Origin: Eledone cirrhosa
Taxonomy: Eukaryota
Length of the DNA: 64,000 bases
NCBI GenBank assembly: GCA_964016885.1
Contig: OZ024750.1
Span: 24,242,001 to 24,306,000, forward strand
Direction of reading: 5' to 3'
Shown here: positions 1-13,800 of the stretch, one piece after another
Layout of the letters: every line of letters begins with the position of its first letter
Position numbering within the stretch: the stretch's first letter is position 1
Notes under the pieces: model-generated
What the model was told of the DNA's origin: nothing
The model's input: only the letters and a program-made list of their open reading frames with translations
Databases searched by the model: none
Program-made: the position numbers and the translations under genes

Positions 1-62
1 GATGCTTGTAGATTCATTATTGTATGGATTGTTGGTATGGTATATTGAGAATGTCCACCCAG
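1..62 (+). CDS. ABCA2: ABCA2-like exon (partial; last TM helix of TMD1)
   Basis: [20 protein letters not shown](G); GT donor at 63. Confidence 0.85.
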
Positions 63-3000
63 GTGTGTAATTTACCTGACTATCTTTTATTTTTGAGAGT
101 ATAATTGTAAAACATTCTATTGTGAAAGTTCTAATAGTTTTTTTTTAATGTTTTCAGTTAGGCAAATTGATAATATTTTTACCTATTTTAACTCTTAACC
201 TGCCATACCACACGAAACTGCATTAGCAAGTCATTGTTAAAAAGTATAAAATAGCACTATGACTCCACATTAAACATTAAACATTTAAATATTAACTCTA
301 ATACTGCAGGTGCTGTAAATATTTGAATAAACAAACGTTAAAAGAATTAACTATATAATTTTACTGTATCATCTTTTAATTTTAATATTTCAGTACTTTT
401 AACTTCATTGAACATTTTGATTTGCAATGGAGTCGCTTTATATTTATTCCATTTATTTAAAAGGTTCTTTTGGTTTACCAAAACCATGGTGTTTCCCATT
501 CACTCGGTCCTACTGGTGTGGCACAACTGGAAAGCCAGACTCTAATCAATGTAATTGGTTTGCCAATATATTTAAACGGAGTCATATCAGTCTGTCTGTA
601 ACAGAAGAGGACCAAGCATGTGCAATGGAGCAAAGACAATCTGGTAAGCTGCATATACTTTTAAGAAGTCAACTAATAAAATATTCCATATAATATTGAA
701 TTATTGCATTATATTTTTGGTATTGATTGTCAGAATCATGTGTTCGATCAATTGCTTTGAGGTATCTAGTTATGATCTTTTATGTTCTGAGTTTAAATCT
801 CACTGAGCTCAACATTGCTATTCATTCTGAGATCAATAAAATAATGTATCCCCAAGGTACTACAATTAACTTTTCCAACCGACCAACATTTTCTGGCTTT
901 GTACTTATATTAGACAGAGGATTGGCAGTATTGGTAGAGCTTCGGACACCATGCTTTGTGGCATCGAGTAATGGCCTTTTACGTTTTAATTTCAAATCTC
1001 ATTGAGGTTAGCTTTGCTTTTCATCCTTACAGGGTTGATAAAATAAAATATCAGTAACATGCTGGGGTTGATTTAATCAGCTTTCTTCTCCAAAATTGTT
1101 GGCCTTGTGCTTCAATGAGGAACCATTATTATATAGTTTTTTATAAAGTACCAGTAATGCACTGGGTAATTTCTGGCCTTGTGCCTAAAGTAGAAACAAT
1201 TATTATATAGTTTTTTTTTTTTTTTTTTAACGAACAGTTTAAAATAAATTATTTTTCTAATGTGAGTTGGTATTGCTTTGCTTTTACAGAATATTTCCAG
1301 AATTTTGAACCAGAACCTAAGCATTTACCACTTGGTGTATGCATTGACAACTTAACAAAGGTACAATTATTGCATTTTACTACCAATATTAGAAATAATG
1401 TACCAATCTTTGATAAAATAGTTCTTAGATTTTATAGTTATATGTAGGCTTTGACCATAAATATAATTAGTCATGATTTTATTAGAGAAAATATTTTATG
1501 ATACTTTGACATCACTCATGTGGTCATTTGACATCACTCATGTCGTCATTTGACATCACTCATGTCGTCATTTGACATCACTCTCATGTCATTTGACATC
1601 ACTCTCATGTCGTCATTTGACATCACTCATGTCATCATTTGACATTACTCTCATGTCATTTGACATCACTCTCATGTCGTCATTTGACATCACTCTCATG
1701 TCGTCATTTGACATCACTCTCATGGCGTCATTTGACATCACTCTCATGGCGTCATTTGACATCACTGTGTCATGCCATTTGACATCACTGTGTCATGCCA
1801 TTTGACATAATAACAGGCAAAGAAAATACATATTCACATACTTAGCTACATAATATAACTGTAAGATATCAAACTACCGTATCATTCGGTGACTACTGCA
1901 CAGGTTTTTCATTTTTTTCCTTGTTGGTTTTTGGGGGTGCGCAGTATACACCATAACTAAATAGTTTCTTATGTTTAACTAGGCTTTCCCAGACATTTTT
2001 CTGGTCCAAAAGGGATGCACATTAGACATGAATGTGTGCAATACATAAAGGAATATGGCAAATAACACAAAAATAAGAAAAGTTGTCAGCATCTCTTGTT
2101 TTAATGAGTATTGTTAAAGAAGATTAATTAAAATATTTCATAGCATAGTCAAGAAAAATGTTAAAGAAAAAAAATGATTTAGTGAAGTCTAACTGATATG
2201 TAATTTGATTTATTTTCAGGTTTATAAAACTGGTAAAAAAGTGGCTGTGAAAAATTTAACATTAAATTTATATGAAGGACAGATCACCTCTTTCTTAGGC
2301 CACAATGGAGCTGGTAAAACAACCACAATGTGAGTATATCCTAGCCACCTACAAAGAAACTAATTTGTAAATTCTTTACATATAAGTATGTGCACGCATG
2401 CACACACACTTAGACACACACACACTTTACACCTGAACATAACTGTATGACACATGCGCTCTATTCTATTATCTCTTTTATCATGATATTTATATTGAAA
2501 AACAATGCTTATGACTTAAAAATCGATCAAGAATGTTGAAAGATGTAGTAATATAACAAACTTTCTCATTATGTTGGTGTTTGGATTATAACCTAACAAA
2601 CATTCTTACATCAAATTATGATGGAAAGCTTTTAGATAAATATCAAAACCTTAAAATGAACAATATAGTATCATCACCACATCACTCGTCGACTACTGTC
2701 GAGATGATGGATCTCACTCTCATGCCCCAGAATTCCCTGTCCCCCATCGCTGCCCCCAGGTCCTGTCTACTGATTCCCGTATCCCTAGAGATAACGTCAG
2801 GGAATGACAGCTTCCTACTCCTAGTCAGGCTGGAGTCAGGGCTCCAGAGCAAGAGAGCGGATATGATTTCATTGCTGGCACGGTGACAGTGGCCAGCAAA
2901 TTGAGCTCTCCGGGATTTTAGAAGGGCAGAGGCTCGAGGGAGTTTGCCATAGATTTTAGACAAGGTGGGATGTCGTTTCCAGGATAGGTTTTGCACTCTC

Positions 3001-4860
3001 ATTAAGAGGCAGGTATATGTGCCATCCAATCTCCTCTCAAGTTGTGACGTTAGTGTCCAAGTTTCGGATCTATAAAGCAACATGGGCTCAATGGCCGCTT
3101 GGAATATCTCCAGTTTTAGCTATAGTATCAGAGAACGAGGGGCAGTTTCAGACAGTTGTATATGAAAAGAGTTGATTGAACTAGTCATATGTGGCTTGGC
3201 AGTATCGGTAGAGGGGCGGACGTCATGCTTTGACGCATAGAGTTACGGCCCTTTCCATTCTGAGTTCAAATCCCGCCGAGGTCAACTTTGCCTTTCATCC
3301 TTACGGGGGTCGATAAAATAAAGTACCAGTAATACACTAAGATAATTGCTGGCCTTGTGCCAAAAGTAGAAACAATTATGAATCTCTACTCACTTCATAC
3401 ATACACATTCACACAGGCTTACTTAAGTAAATGACTGTGTACACATACATCAGTAGACTCATGTTTAATAACCATTGACGGATTATTTACAGTTTTTGTT
3501 ATTTAGGATTATCATGAGATTTAGCTATTGTATCAGGTATCTATGTAAACCTTTTTGTTCATCTGTGATATTGGGACACTGCCATAGAATCACATAGACA
3601 ACAGTTATAACCACAGTAAAAAATACCATCAGAATCATACTATTATATTTTGATCTTAAGACATAAACACTTTTAACCCTTTAGCATTTAAACCAGCTGT
3701 ATCCAGCCAGAATTCTCTCATTTCTTTCTGTCAAATTGGCTGTAACTGGCCACTCATACTAATGTTAAGGTGTTATTCTCAAAATAAATAATATCAAAAT
3801 CTTGTAGATTCGATATTATGTGGGATAATTGTGAGGTAAAGCCTTCACTGTGAAAATACAATAGTAAATATAGAGTAATGTAAATACTAAAGGGTTAAAT
3901 GCCCACTTAAAATTCCATACAAGACTGTCAATTGCTTTAACTTAACCCTGTAGCATTTACATTACTCTATATTTACTACTGTATTTTTATGGTAAAGGCT
4001 TTACCTCACATAATTATCTCACATAATATCGAATCTACGAGATTTTGATGTTATTTATTTTGAGAACAATACCCTAACTTCTGAATGAGTGGCCAGTTAC
4101 AGCCGATTTGGACAGAAAAGGTGAAGAATTCTGGCCAGATATGGCCAGTTTAAATGCTGGAGGGTTAAATGTAAACAAATTCTATTCACCACCTCCAGTA
4201 AACACCATCCATAAACCGACATTCAGCTCCTCCCATCAAACCCATACTTTACAAGAAAAAGTAAAAATCTTTCTTGCTCGGGATCTACCCCTGGGTCTTC
4301 TACCTGTTGGTTTTGCCTGTAAATTTGTCCAGTGATTCTTTCCTGAGACATTCTAACCACATGCCCATGGTATCAGAGCTGTGATCTGTCAATTCAGAAA
4401 AGTAGCAGCTTTACCTGGAGTGACTCTCTGATCTCTGAGCTACGCACTTTATCAAGTAACAAATGCCATTGTAACCTAATAAAATACACTATTTTTTACA
4501 CTTAACACAATGCTTCTAGCAAACTACAATATCCTCTATTATATCTTTGATTTCTAGGTCAATTCTTACTGGATTTTTTCCACCAACATCGGGTTATGCT
4601 ATGGTCTATGGACATGATATTCGTACCAATATGGATGTTATTCGAAAAGATCTTGGAATGTGTCCACAACACAATGTTCTCTTTGATAAGTGTGTATTTA
4701 AATACATCTTAGATAGATTTTCTTAATGTTTTCTTAGTTTCATTTAATTTGAATCTCACATTGTCAGTTTGTTATACGTTGTTAGCATTCAACTTCATGC
4801 AATAACTTAACACAATCATAACATACACAATTGGATTCATGAAATTACATGTATTTCCAA

Positions 4861-4899
<39 letters not shown>

Positions 4900-7800
4900 A
4901 ATGCAGACACATAAACATATGTATTTACATGTTTCCATACATGCACACATATATGGACACCAAAATCAATGTTGAGATATAGTGAATTTCTTAACCACAT
5001 AGCCATGTCTACATTGTTATATGCACTTTTTCCATACTGGCATGAGTTGGATGTGTTGTCACATACAGGGATTTAGCAGGTCAAATGATAATGTCTTTTT
5101 CTCATCTTTCATTTTGGCACGGTTTCTATGTCTGGTTGAACTTCCTAATACTAACCACTTTAGTGTTTACTATGTGTATTGTGGCATCAACACTACCACT
5201 TTACAGTGTGGACTTTGTGCATTTTGTGGCACCACCACTACCACTCTACAATGTGGACTTGATGTATTTTATTATGGCATCACCACTACCACTCTACAAG
5301 ATGGATTAAGTATATTTTATCATGACACTAACACTCAATCAAATGAGTCTTCAGTTGCGCAGGTTTTAGCAGCCAATTTGTTGAGAGTAAACTGTTAATG
5401 AGTTAACTGAAAGTTTTTCTGTTTATAAATTAGGATGATGGTGATGTAATACATTTGCCAAAAATAATTTCAGGTTGACTGTCAAAGAACATCTCTGGTT
5501 TTATGGACAATTGAAAGGAATGAAAACTGAAGATATTGAACGAGAAATGGAAACGTATGACTACTTTTTTATATAGTTTTTTTTTCTGTGTTGCTTAGTG
5601 ACTCATTATGAAATCCTTTTTGAAGATCTCTTTTTCCTAGAAAATTTTATCTGACCAAGATGGCTCTTAAAACCCTTTAGCATTTACATTACTCTATATT
5701 TACTATTGTATTTTCTCAATAAAGACTTTACCTTACATACTTATCTCACATAATATCAAATCTACGAGATTTTGATATTTATTTTGAGAACAATTCCTTA
5801 ACATCAGTATGCACAGCCAGTTTGAACAGAAAGAGGTGAGAGTATTCTGGCCTGATATGGCCGGTTTAAATGCTAAAGGATTAAGTAGCATTCTCAAAAT
5901 AAATACTATCAAAATCTCTTAGATTTGATATTATGTGAGATAATTATGAGATAGTATTTACCGTGAAAATGAAATAGTAAAAATAGAGTAATGTAAATGC
6001 TAAAGAGATAACATAAACTCCTTTGTTATTAAGTTTAGTATATTATTTTTGATGTTTTGTGATGATTGATTTTCTAACTATATATCAATGGTTTCATATA
6101 ATCTCTTGTATTTTTCTGAATTTACTTTCAGTATGATTCAAGATATCGGTCTTCCACGCAAAAAGAACTGTTCTGTAGACTGCTTGTCAGGTGGTATGCA
6201 ACGTAAACTTTCTGTTGCTATTGCTTTTGTTGGAGGTTCTCGAACAGTGATCTTGGATGAACCTACAGCAGGAGTGGACCCTTATGCTCGGCGAGCAATC
6301 TGGGATCTGTTAGTTAAGTACAAAAATGGTAAGTTAGCTGTAGCTTTTCTTGGAAATACAATTTTAGTATGGAAATTTAAGTAAGTAAAGAATTGAATAT
6401 AATGGTTAAAATTAATATTCAAATAATTGTTTCTACGTTAGGCACAAGGCCAGCAATTATCCAGTGCATTACTGGTACTTTATTTTATCGACCCCCGTAA
6501 GGATGAAAGGCAAAGTCAACCTCCGTGGGATTTGAACTCAGATCGTAAAGGGACGTAACTATGCTGGAAAGCATGGCGTCCGACCCTCTACCGATACTGC
6601 CAATCCAGACATTATATATCATAATACCATTCAAATCCCTCCGAAATTGACTTTGCCTTTCATCCTTATGGGGTCAATAAAATAAAATACCAGTAATGCA
6701 CTGGGTAATTGCTGGCCTTGTGCCAAAAGTAGAAACAGTTATCATCATTATTATTATTTAACACCTGCTAGCAAGTGTTGGACAGGTTTGCACATACAAA
6801 GAAGCTTATAAAGAATGGTAGATTGGGAGAATTGATAGGGAATCAGATAAAATACCTTAGCAATATTTATTCTGGCTCTTTATATTCTGAGTTCAAATCC
6901 TACCATGGTCAACTTTACCTTTCAGCAGGGCTGATAAAGAACCAGTCGAGGGTATTGAATTGACAGAAATGTTAGAGGGCTGGAGAAGATGCCTTCCGAG
7001 GTCAATAAAATAAATTACTAATAATTTACTATGGTCGATATAATCGACTTTTCCTTTCCCCAAAATTGCTTATCTTGTGCCAAAATGAAAAACCCTTATA
7101 ATAAAATTTATGGTGCTGAGTTTTTTAATTTTTTTTTTTACTATTATTCATTTTTCAACCATTATCTGCAGGGAGAACAATACTGTTATCAACACACCAC
7201 ATGGATGAAGCTGATATCTTAGGAGATCGCATTGCAATTATTTCTGATGGTCAGTTAAAATGTTGTGGTTCATCACTATTTTTGAAGAACACTTTTGGAG
7301 AAGGATATCACATTAAAATGGTGAAGAAAGAATCTGCAGAAACATTTGATGTACCAGGTAATCTTTGTATTTATTTATTATTTAGTATAGTGTGAAGGCA
7401 CATGGCTTAGTGGTTAGAGCGTCTGGCTTACAATTATGAGGTTGTGAGTTTGATTCTCGGACCGGGCTTTGTATTGTGTTCTTGAGCAAGACACTTTATT
7501 TCACGTTTCTCCAGTTCACTCAGCTGTAGAAATGAGTTGCGATGTCACAGGTGCCAAGCTGTATCAGCCATTATCTTTACCTTAGACAACATTGGTGGCA
7601 TGGAGAGAGGAGACTGGTATGCATGGGCGACTGCCTGTCTTCCACAAACAACCTTTCCCCGACTGTGCCTCAGAGAGGAACTTTCTAAGTGCAAATCCCA
7701 TGTTCATTCATGACCAAAGGGGGTTTTTACCCTTTACTACAATGTATTGTGAGATAGGTAATAGATGACTGAAAGTTTCTGAAAGCCGATACAATGTGAT

Positions 7801-10800
7801 AGAAATATATAAAGGGCAAAGGATGACAAATAAAACATTACTTTGCTTTGTTTTATTTGTCATCCTGTGACCTTTATATATTTTTATATATTTCTGCCAC
7901 ATGGTATCGGCTTTTTGAAACTTATCAGTTATGCATTATTTATTTTTTTCATGTATTTGACAAAAACTCAAGCATTTTAAGGTCATCTTCTCTTTCTGAC
8001 TTTATGACAGGCTTCATACTTTTCATGGGGGTCCTTTTTAAGGCAATATGTTATAACCAAATGCCTTTCCTGGCACAGGCCCTTTTAATCACATTTTACC
8101 CATGCTAAGCCCAATATACATACAGCATTTATTGCATATAAAGACAAGAAGATTATTTATGAATTTTAAGTAAAACTTGACAAAGATATTAAAAAAATAA
8201 ATCTTAAGTAAATTAACTAGAAAAAAAGTTATTTTATTATATTAATTTTTGTTATTCAAAGATACGTATACAGTTGTTCCCAGGTATTTGTGGGGTTTAC
8301 GCTCCTAGAGCACCTGCGAAGAGTGAAAAACTGCGAATATTGGACGTGGTTCATAAAAATGCCTATAAACATCAAAATATAATGTAAAATATAATAAAGA
8401 AAAGAGGGAAGATCTTATGTGAAAGGGCGTCCAATAGGCCAGCAAATACAGTATATTGTTGTTAATAATATAGCATTAAAAAAATATATATTGCCACAAA
8501 AAAATCCATTAAAAAAAATCGCAGGAGATATTTACAATTCTGTGAATATGCGGTGGTTTCCATGAACAATTATTAGTTAGGTTCTAAGGAAAATTCCACG
8601 AATAACCAGGACTGCAAATGCCAGGAGTACACTGCATTACACTATTTGAAAGTATTACACAATTGAAATATAATATTGCAAGCTTTTATTGCTTTGGGTA
8701 TTTACTTTTTTTTCCTGATCTTAAAAAAAAAAAAAAATGCTGTTATTAACAATTAAACTTTCATTCAGTTAATTATATATTCCTGTTTGTTTGTTTTTTT
8801 TATGAAACAACTGTTTCTAATAATTATTCTGTCTTCAAATCAATTTCTTTTGTTACAAAATTTTAAATAAAGAAAATCTTTACATTTAGAGCTTCCTCCT
8901 GATTTGAAACCTCGAGAATCTTTCTTGACTCAATGTCAACAAAGCAGTGTAACAACTTTCATTCTAAAACATGTGAAATCAGCATACCTGAAATCTGAAA
9001 GTAAACGAGAACTACATTATATTTTACCTTTTGAGGAAATTAAAAAGGGAAATGCTGAACGGTTGTTTGAAGCTTTAGAGTCTTCTCTTGACATGCTTGA
9101 GATCAGCAGTTTTGGGGTTATGGACACCACACTGGAAGAAGTTTTCCTTAAAGTCACTGAATCATTCCATTGTCCAGAAGGTAAATATTTTCACTTACTT
9201 GAATTGTTTAACCTGTTAGCATTTACATTACTCTCTATTTACTATTGTATTTTTACAGTAAAGGCTTTACCTCACATAGTTATCTCAAATAGTATTGAAT
9301 CTACGAGATTTTGATATTATTTATTTTAAGAACAATACCTTAACATCAATATGAGCAGCCAGTTACAGCTGGTTTGAACTGAAAGAGGTGAGAGAATTCT
9401 GGTCGGAATCGACCGGTTTAAATACTAAATGGTTAAACTTCTTCTTTTATAAATGTTATTCCATTTCATTTGGAAGAACTCTTCAGTTGTGTCAAAGACA
9501 TAACAACCTCCTTATTGTTGGTGATGTATATGATAAATTACACCCAGTATACTTTTTAAAAGTGGTAGATGATAGGAAAAGCATCCTTCTGTAGAAAACT
9601 TGTCAAACAAATGGTTAGGAGGATTCTTCAGCTGTGTTAAAGACATGACAACATCCATAGTGCTACTGGCATGATAAAATGCACTCAGTAGAGTGCAAGA
9701 ACTTATATAAGTGAGATGCAGGCCCACAGCTAATCTGAGAGGTCAGTAACTCTTCTTGAATACTGACTCGGTCTGTGACAACCCAGATGCCAGTTATTGA
9801 AATTATTTTTAACATAGATACAAAGAATTCTTTTAATGTTTGTATTAAAAAAAACCTTGCAAGATTTGTTTAAATTATTTTGCTGTTCTTTTAACAATTC
9901 ACAATTCATGTAAAATTATAAAATCTTCACAGCTCTATTGAACACATTAAAAAGCTCATCATTAACACAAATATTATTTTAAAATAAAATTTTTCGTATG
10001 TATTTAAATTGTTCATCTCTATTTATAATAATAATGAAATTATTGTGTACAGTGCTCAGGTGCACTACAATTCACCAAAGGTGCATGTATAGTACATAGA
10101 ATAATGTACAAATGTCAGGAAAGTGAACAGTGTATGAGTCATGATATACATGTGTGCATGTGTATGGAGGAGGGATATCTAGTGTTGGCAAATTTCAGGA
10201 AGCATGGAGGTTTTAAAGGATGCAGTGTCTTGGCAGCTAACAACTGATGCAGGTAGTTTGTTTCATGCTTCAGCAACTCTGAGCGAGAAAAAATGTTTCC
10301 AAAAGTCATGGAAACTGCTGTTTTCTGACTTTGTAGGCATGCCCATGTGTGTTAGCCACATATGTAGATAATTGTTTCTACTTTAGGCACAAGGCCAGCA
10401 ATTACCAGTGCATTACTGGTACTTTATTTTATCGACCCCGTAAGGATGAAAGGCAAAGTCAACCTCGGCGGGATTTGAACTCAGATCGTAAACGGACGTA
10501 ACTATGCTGGAAAGCATGGCGTCCGACCCTCTACCGATACTGCCAATCCACCTACATATGTAGATAATGAATGCGAATTATATAATGTGAAAGGGTGTCC
10601 AATAGGCCAGCAAATACAGTATATTGTTGTTAATAATTTAGCATTAAAAAAAATATATATTGCCACAAAAAAATCCATTAAAAAAATCGCAGGAGATATT
10701 TACAATTCTGTGATATCTATATAATGTTTTTTTCATAGCCATTGCAGAAATCAAGCCAAGTGATACATTAAATACCAACTCATTTATAGCTGATTATATA

Positions 10801-13800
10801 TCAGGCTCTCGAAGTCAAGAAAATGAAATTGGCCTCAATGAACCTGAGTGTGCAGACAGCAGTTCTACATCCAGTTTATTAGATATATCAACTTCAGATC
10901 AGAATGCACCTGAGGATTCTATGCATTATGATGTGGAACTGGACAGAATGATAATAAATGACCGGCGCCAAGGAGTTAGTCAAGCACAGCAACAAACTAA
11001 AAAACCAAAGTCTGAAAGAAAGAATGCTTCCTCGGCTAACAAGAATGGTAATTATGTCAAATTAGAAGAAGAAACAGATGAAATAAATATAAATGGTATG
11101 TAAATCATTTTTTCTCTATTTACTGTAGTCCTTTTACATCAGAGGTTCTCAAAGTAGGCTCTACTGCCCCTCTGGAGGCGTTGAGAAGGTCGAGGAGGGC
11201 GTTGTGGCCTAAGTGGGTGGTAGAGATGATATAATAGTATATTAAATATCAAATGATACATATTAAATGTAAATATAGTGAAATAAAAAATATATTATAT
11301 TTAAACAAATTAACTCGAAAATAGACTTTTGAGACACATGGAAGCTGCTAGAACAGCAAAATGCTGTTGAAGCAGTGTTGGGTAAAATATTACCTCAAAG
11401 GACAGAGATCAGCAGCTTGATATATTATATTTATTTATACATAGTATATATTATATTATTTATTATATATAAATTAATGATTTTATTTATTATATATTAT
11501 TTACAATTTGTGTGTAGCCAGGTCTCTCTGGAAATAGGAGACGGGGGGGCACTGAGGGTATTATGTGGCCATGAGGGAGGGGCGGTGGCCTGAAAAGTTT
11601 GAGAACTACTGTTATACATCATAATTTTAAAGGCATATAATCTTTAATTCATAGCACAATTACAAATATAGACACTAGACAATTAAATAGTATTTTAGTT
11701 TTATTGAAAGTGTTTTTATTATCCCATATAACAGCTGTAAATTAAAGGTGGAAAACTGGGAGAGGGCACTTGCCTTGGTGGTCAGGGTCATTGTGGCTTT
11801 TTACTGGGCTTTCTCCACAAATGTCCCTCCGAAGTCTCCCCCTATTGGGGAATTTTTCATTGTTATTTTTTGTTACATCCTCTGTTTTTGTTTTTTACAT
11901 GCAGAAATGCCCATTTGTACCGTCCTGCATTGTCCTGCACTGTCCTTAATGTCTACTTTATGTAAACCCTTGTGGTTAATAAAGAAATCATTATCCCATA
12001 TAACAGCAATTCATTGGAAAAATGATGAATATTGTTGTATACTCATCCTTTTCCATTTTTAGAGGGTTTTAAACCCCTCTATTAGGCTAAAATTATTTTA
12101 GTCAAAAATACTGTGAAAGCTTTTATTTCTACTAAATTTCAAGCTTCGCTCGCGGTTTCAAAACAAACCTGCTGTATCAAAATTACATTTGAATGAATCA
12201 TAATTAATTTACATTATATAGAATTCAAATCCCGCTGAGGTTAACTTTGCCTTTCATCCTTACGAGGTCGATAAAATAAAGTACCAGTAATACACTGGGA
12301 TAATTGCTGGCCTTGTGCCAAAAGTAGAAACAATTATATAGTTTCATTATTTACATTTTTTTTTCAGAACTTCCCGATGTGCAAACTGAAGGGTGTGGTA
12401 GTATTTTATTAACAGGACATTGGCTTAATCTCAACCAGTTTAGAGCCATTATCATTAAACGTTTCTACTATATCAGACGTAACTGGAAGGGACTTTTCTC
12501 TCAAATCCTTCTTCCTGCCTTGTTTGTATGTATTGCAATGACTGTTGCTTTGACTGCTCCTGGACTTGATGATCTTCCACCACTTGAATTAAGTCCTTCT
12601 CAATATTTCAACTTGACACAACCAGAAGGAAACTACATACCTTATGCAAACCAGAAAACAAATCAACAATTCAGTGAATTAAATGATGCAGGTCCTGATG
12701 AAATCATACGGACATTTTACTTCCCTTCAGGTGTTGGAGCAACATGTGTTTTGAAATCTCCATATAATATATCTTTCAGTGGCAATGATCTTCACAAAAA
12801 CTACAAATTACTTTTAAAATATTTTGAAGATAGTTGTGAGAAGGTATTTGTACATGGTCTTCCTTTAGACAACTTTGTTCCTCCATTACCTCTCTCTAGA
12901 AACAAGGATAATCAAATAAAAGCTAACAGTAAGTAGTATATATATATATTTTTTTTGCTTTATTTGCTGTATGGGTGGGGTGGGGGTTAGAATTTCTAAA
13001 TTCAAGAGTTATAATTCATCATCACTGTTTAACCCTTTAGCATTTACATTACTCTATATTTACTATTGTATTTTCATGGTAAAGGCTTTACCTCACATAA
13101 TTATCTCACATAATATTGAATCTATGAGATTTTGACATTTATTTTGAGAACAACACCTTAACATCAGTATGAGTGGCTGGTTATGACTGGTTTGAAAAGA
13201 AAGAGGTGGTAGAATTCTGGCCAGATACAACCAGTTTAAATGCTAAAGGGTTTTCCACACTGGCATGGATAGATTTTATTTCATTTGTATTATATAATAT
13301 TCATTTTATTATCATAGCTATGGATATTCCGGTTTTTAGAATAGATACATGATATCCCTGCATGCTGTAAGAGGTAACTTTAAGGATTGATGTCAGAAAT
13401 GGCATCCAGCTGAAAAATATCTCATAATATTGTTTCAACTACTAATATTGTTGCTTATGTATGTCTAATTTTATTCCTCTGAAATTTCCTTTTCAACAAC
13501 CTTTCAATGAAGATAAGATATTTCAGTCAGCTAAAACATTCTTTTCTGCATACATTATTTACATTTAAAGGGCGGTGGATTGGCAGTATCGGTAGAGGGT
13601 CGGACGCCATGCTTTCCAGCGTAGTTACGTCCCTTTACGATCTGAGTTCAAATCCCGCCGAGGTTGACTTTGCCTTTCATCCTTACGGGGTCGATAAAAT
13701 AAAGTAACAGTAATGCACAGGGTAATTGCTGGCCTTGTGCTTAAAGTAGAAACAATTATTTACATTTAAAGTTTGAAATATATTAGCAAAATGTAGAAAA

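Noticed and set aside
1572-1805. ORF with SFDITLM repeats
   Set aside because: Translation of the 21-24 bp minisatellite; frame shifts between units.
13570-13670. tRNA-like A and B boxes
   Set aside because: SINE head: no closed cloverleaf, followed by SINE core and tail with TSD, and present in many copies.
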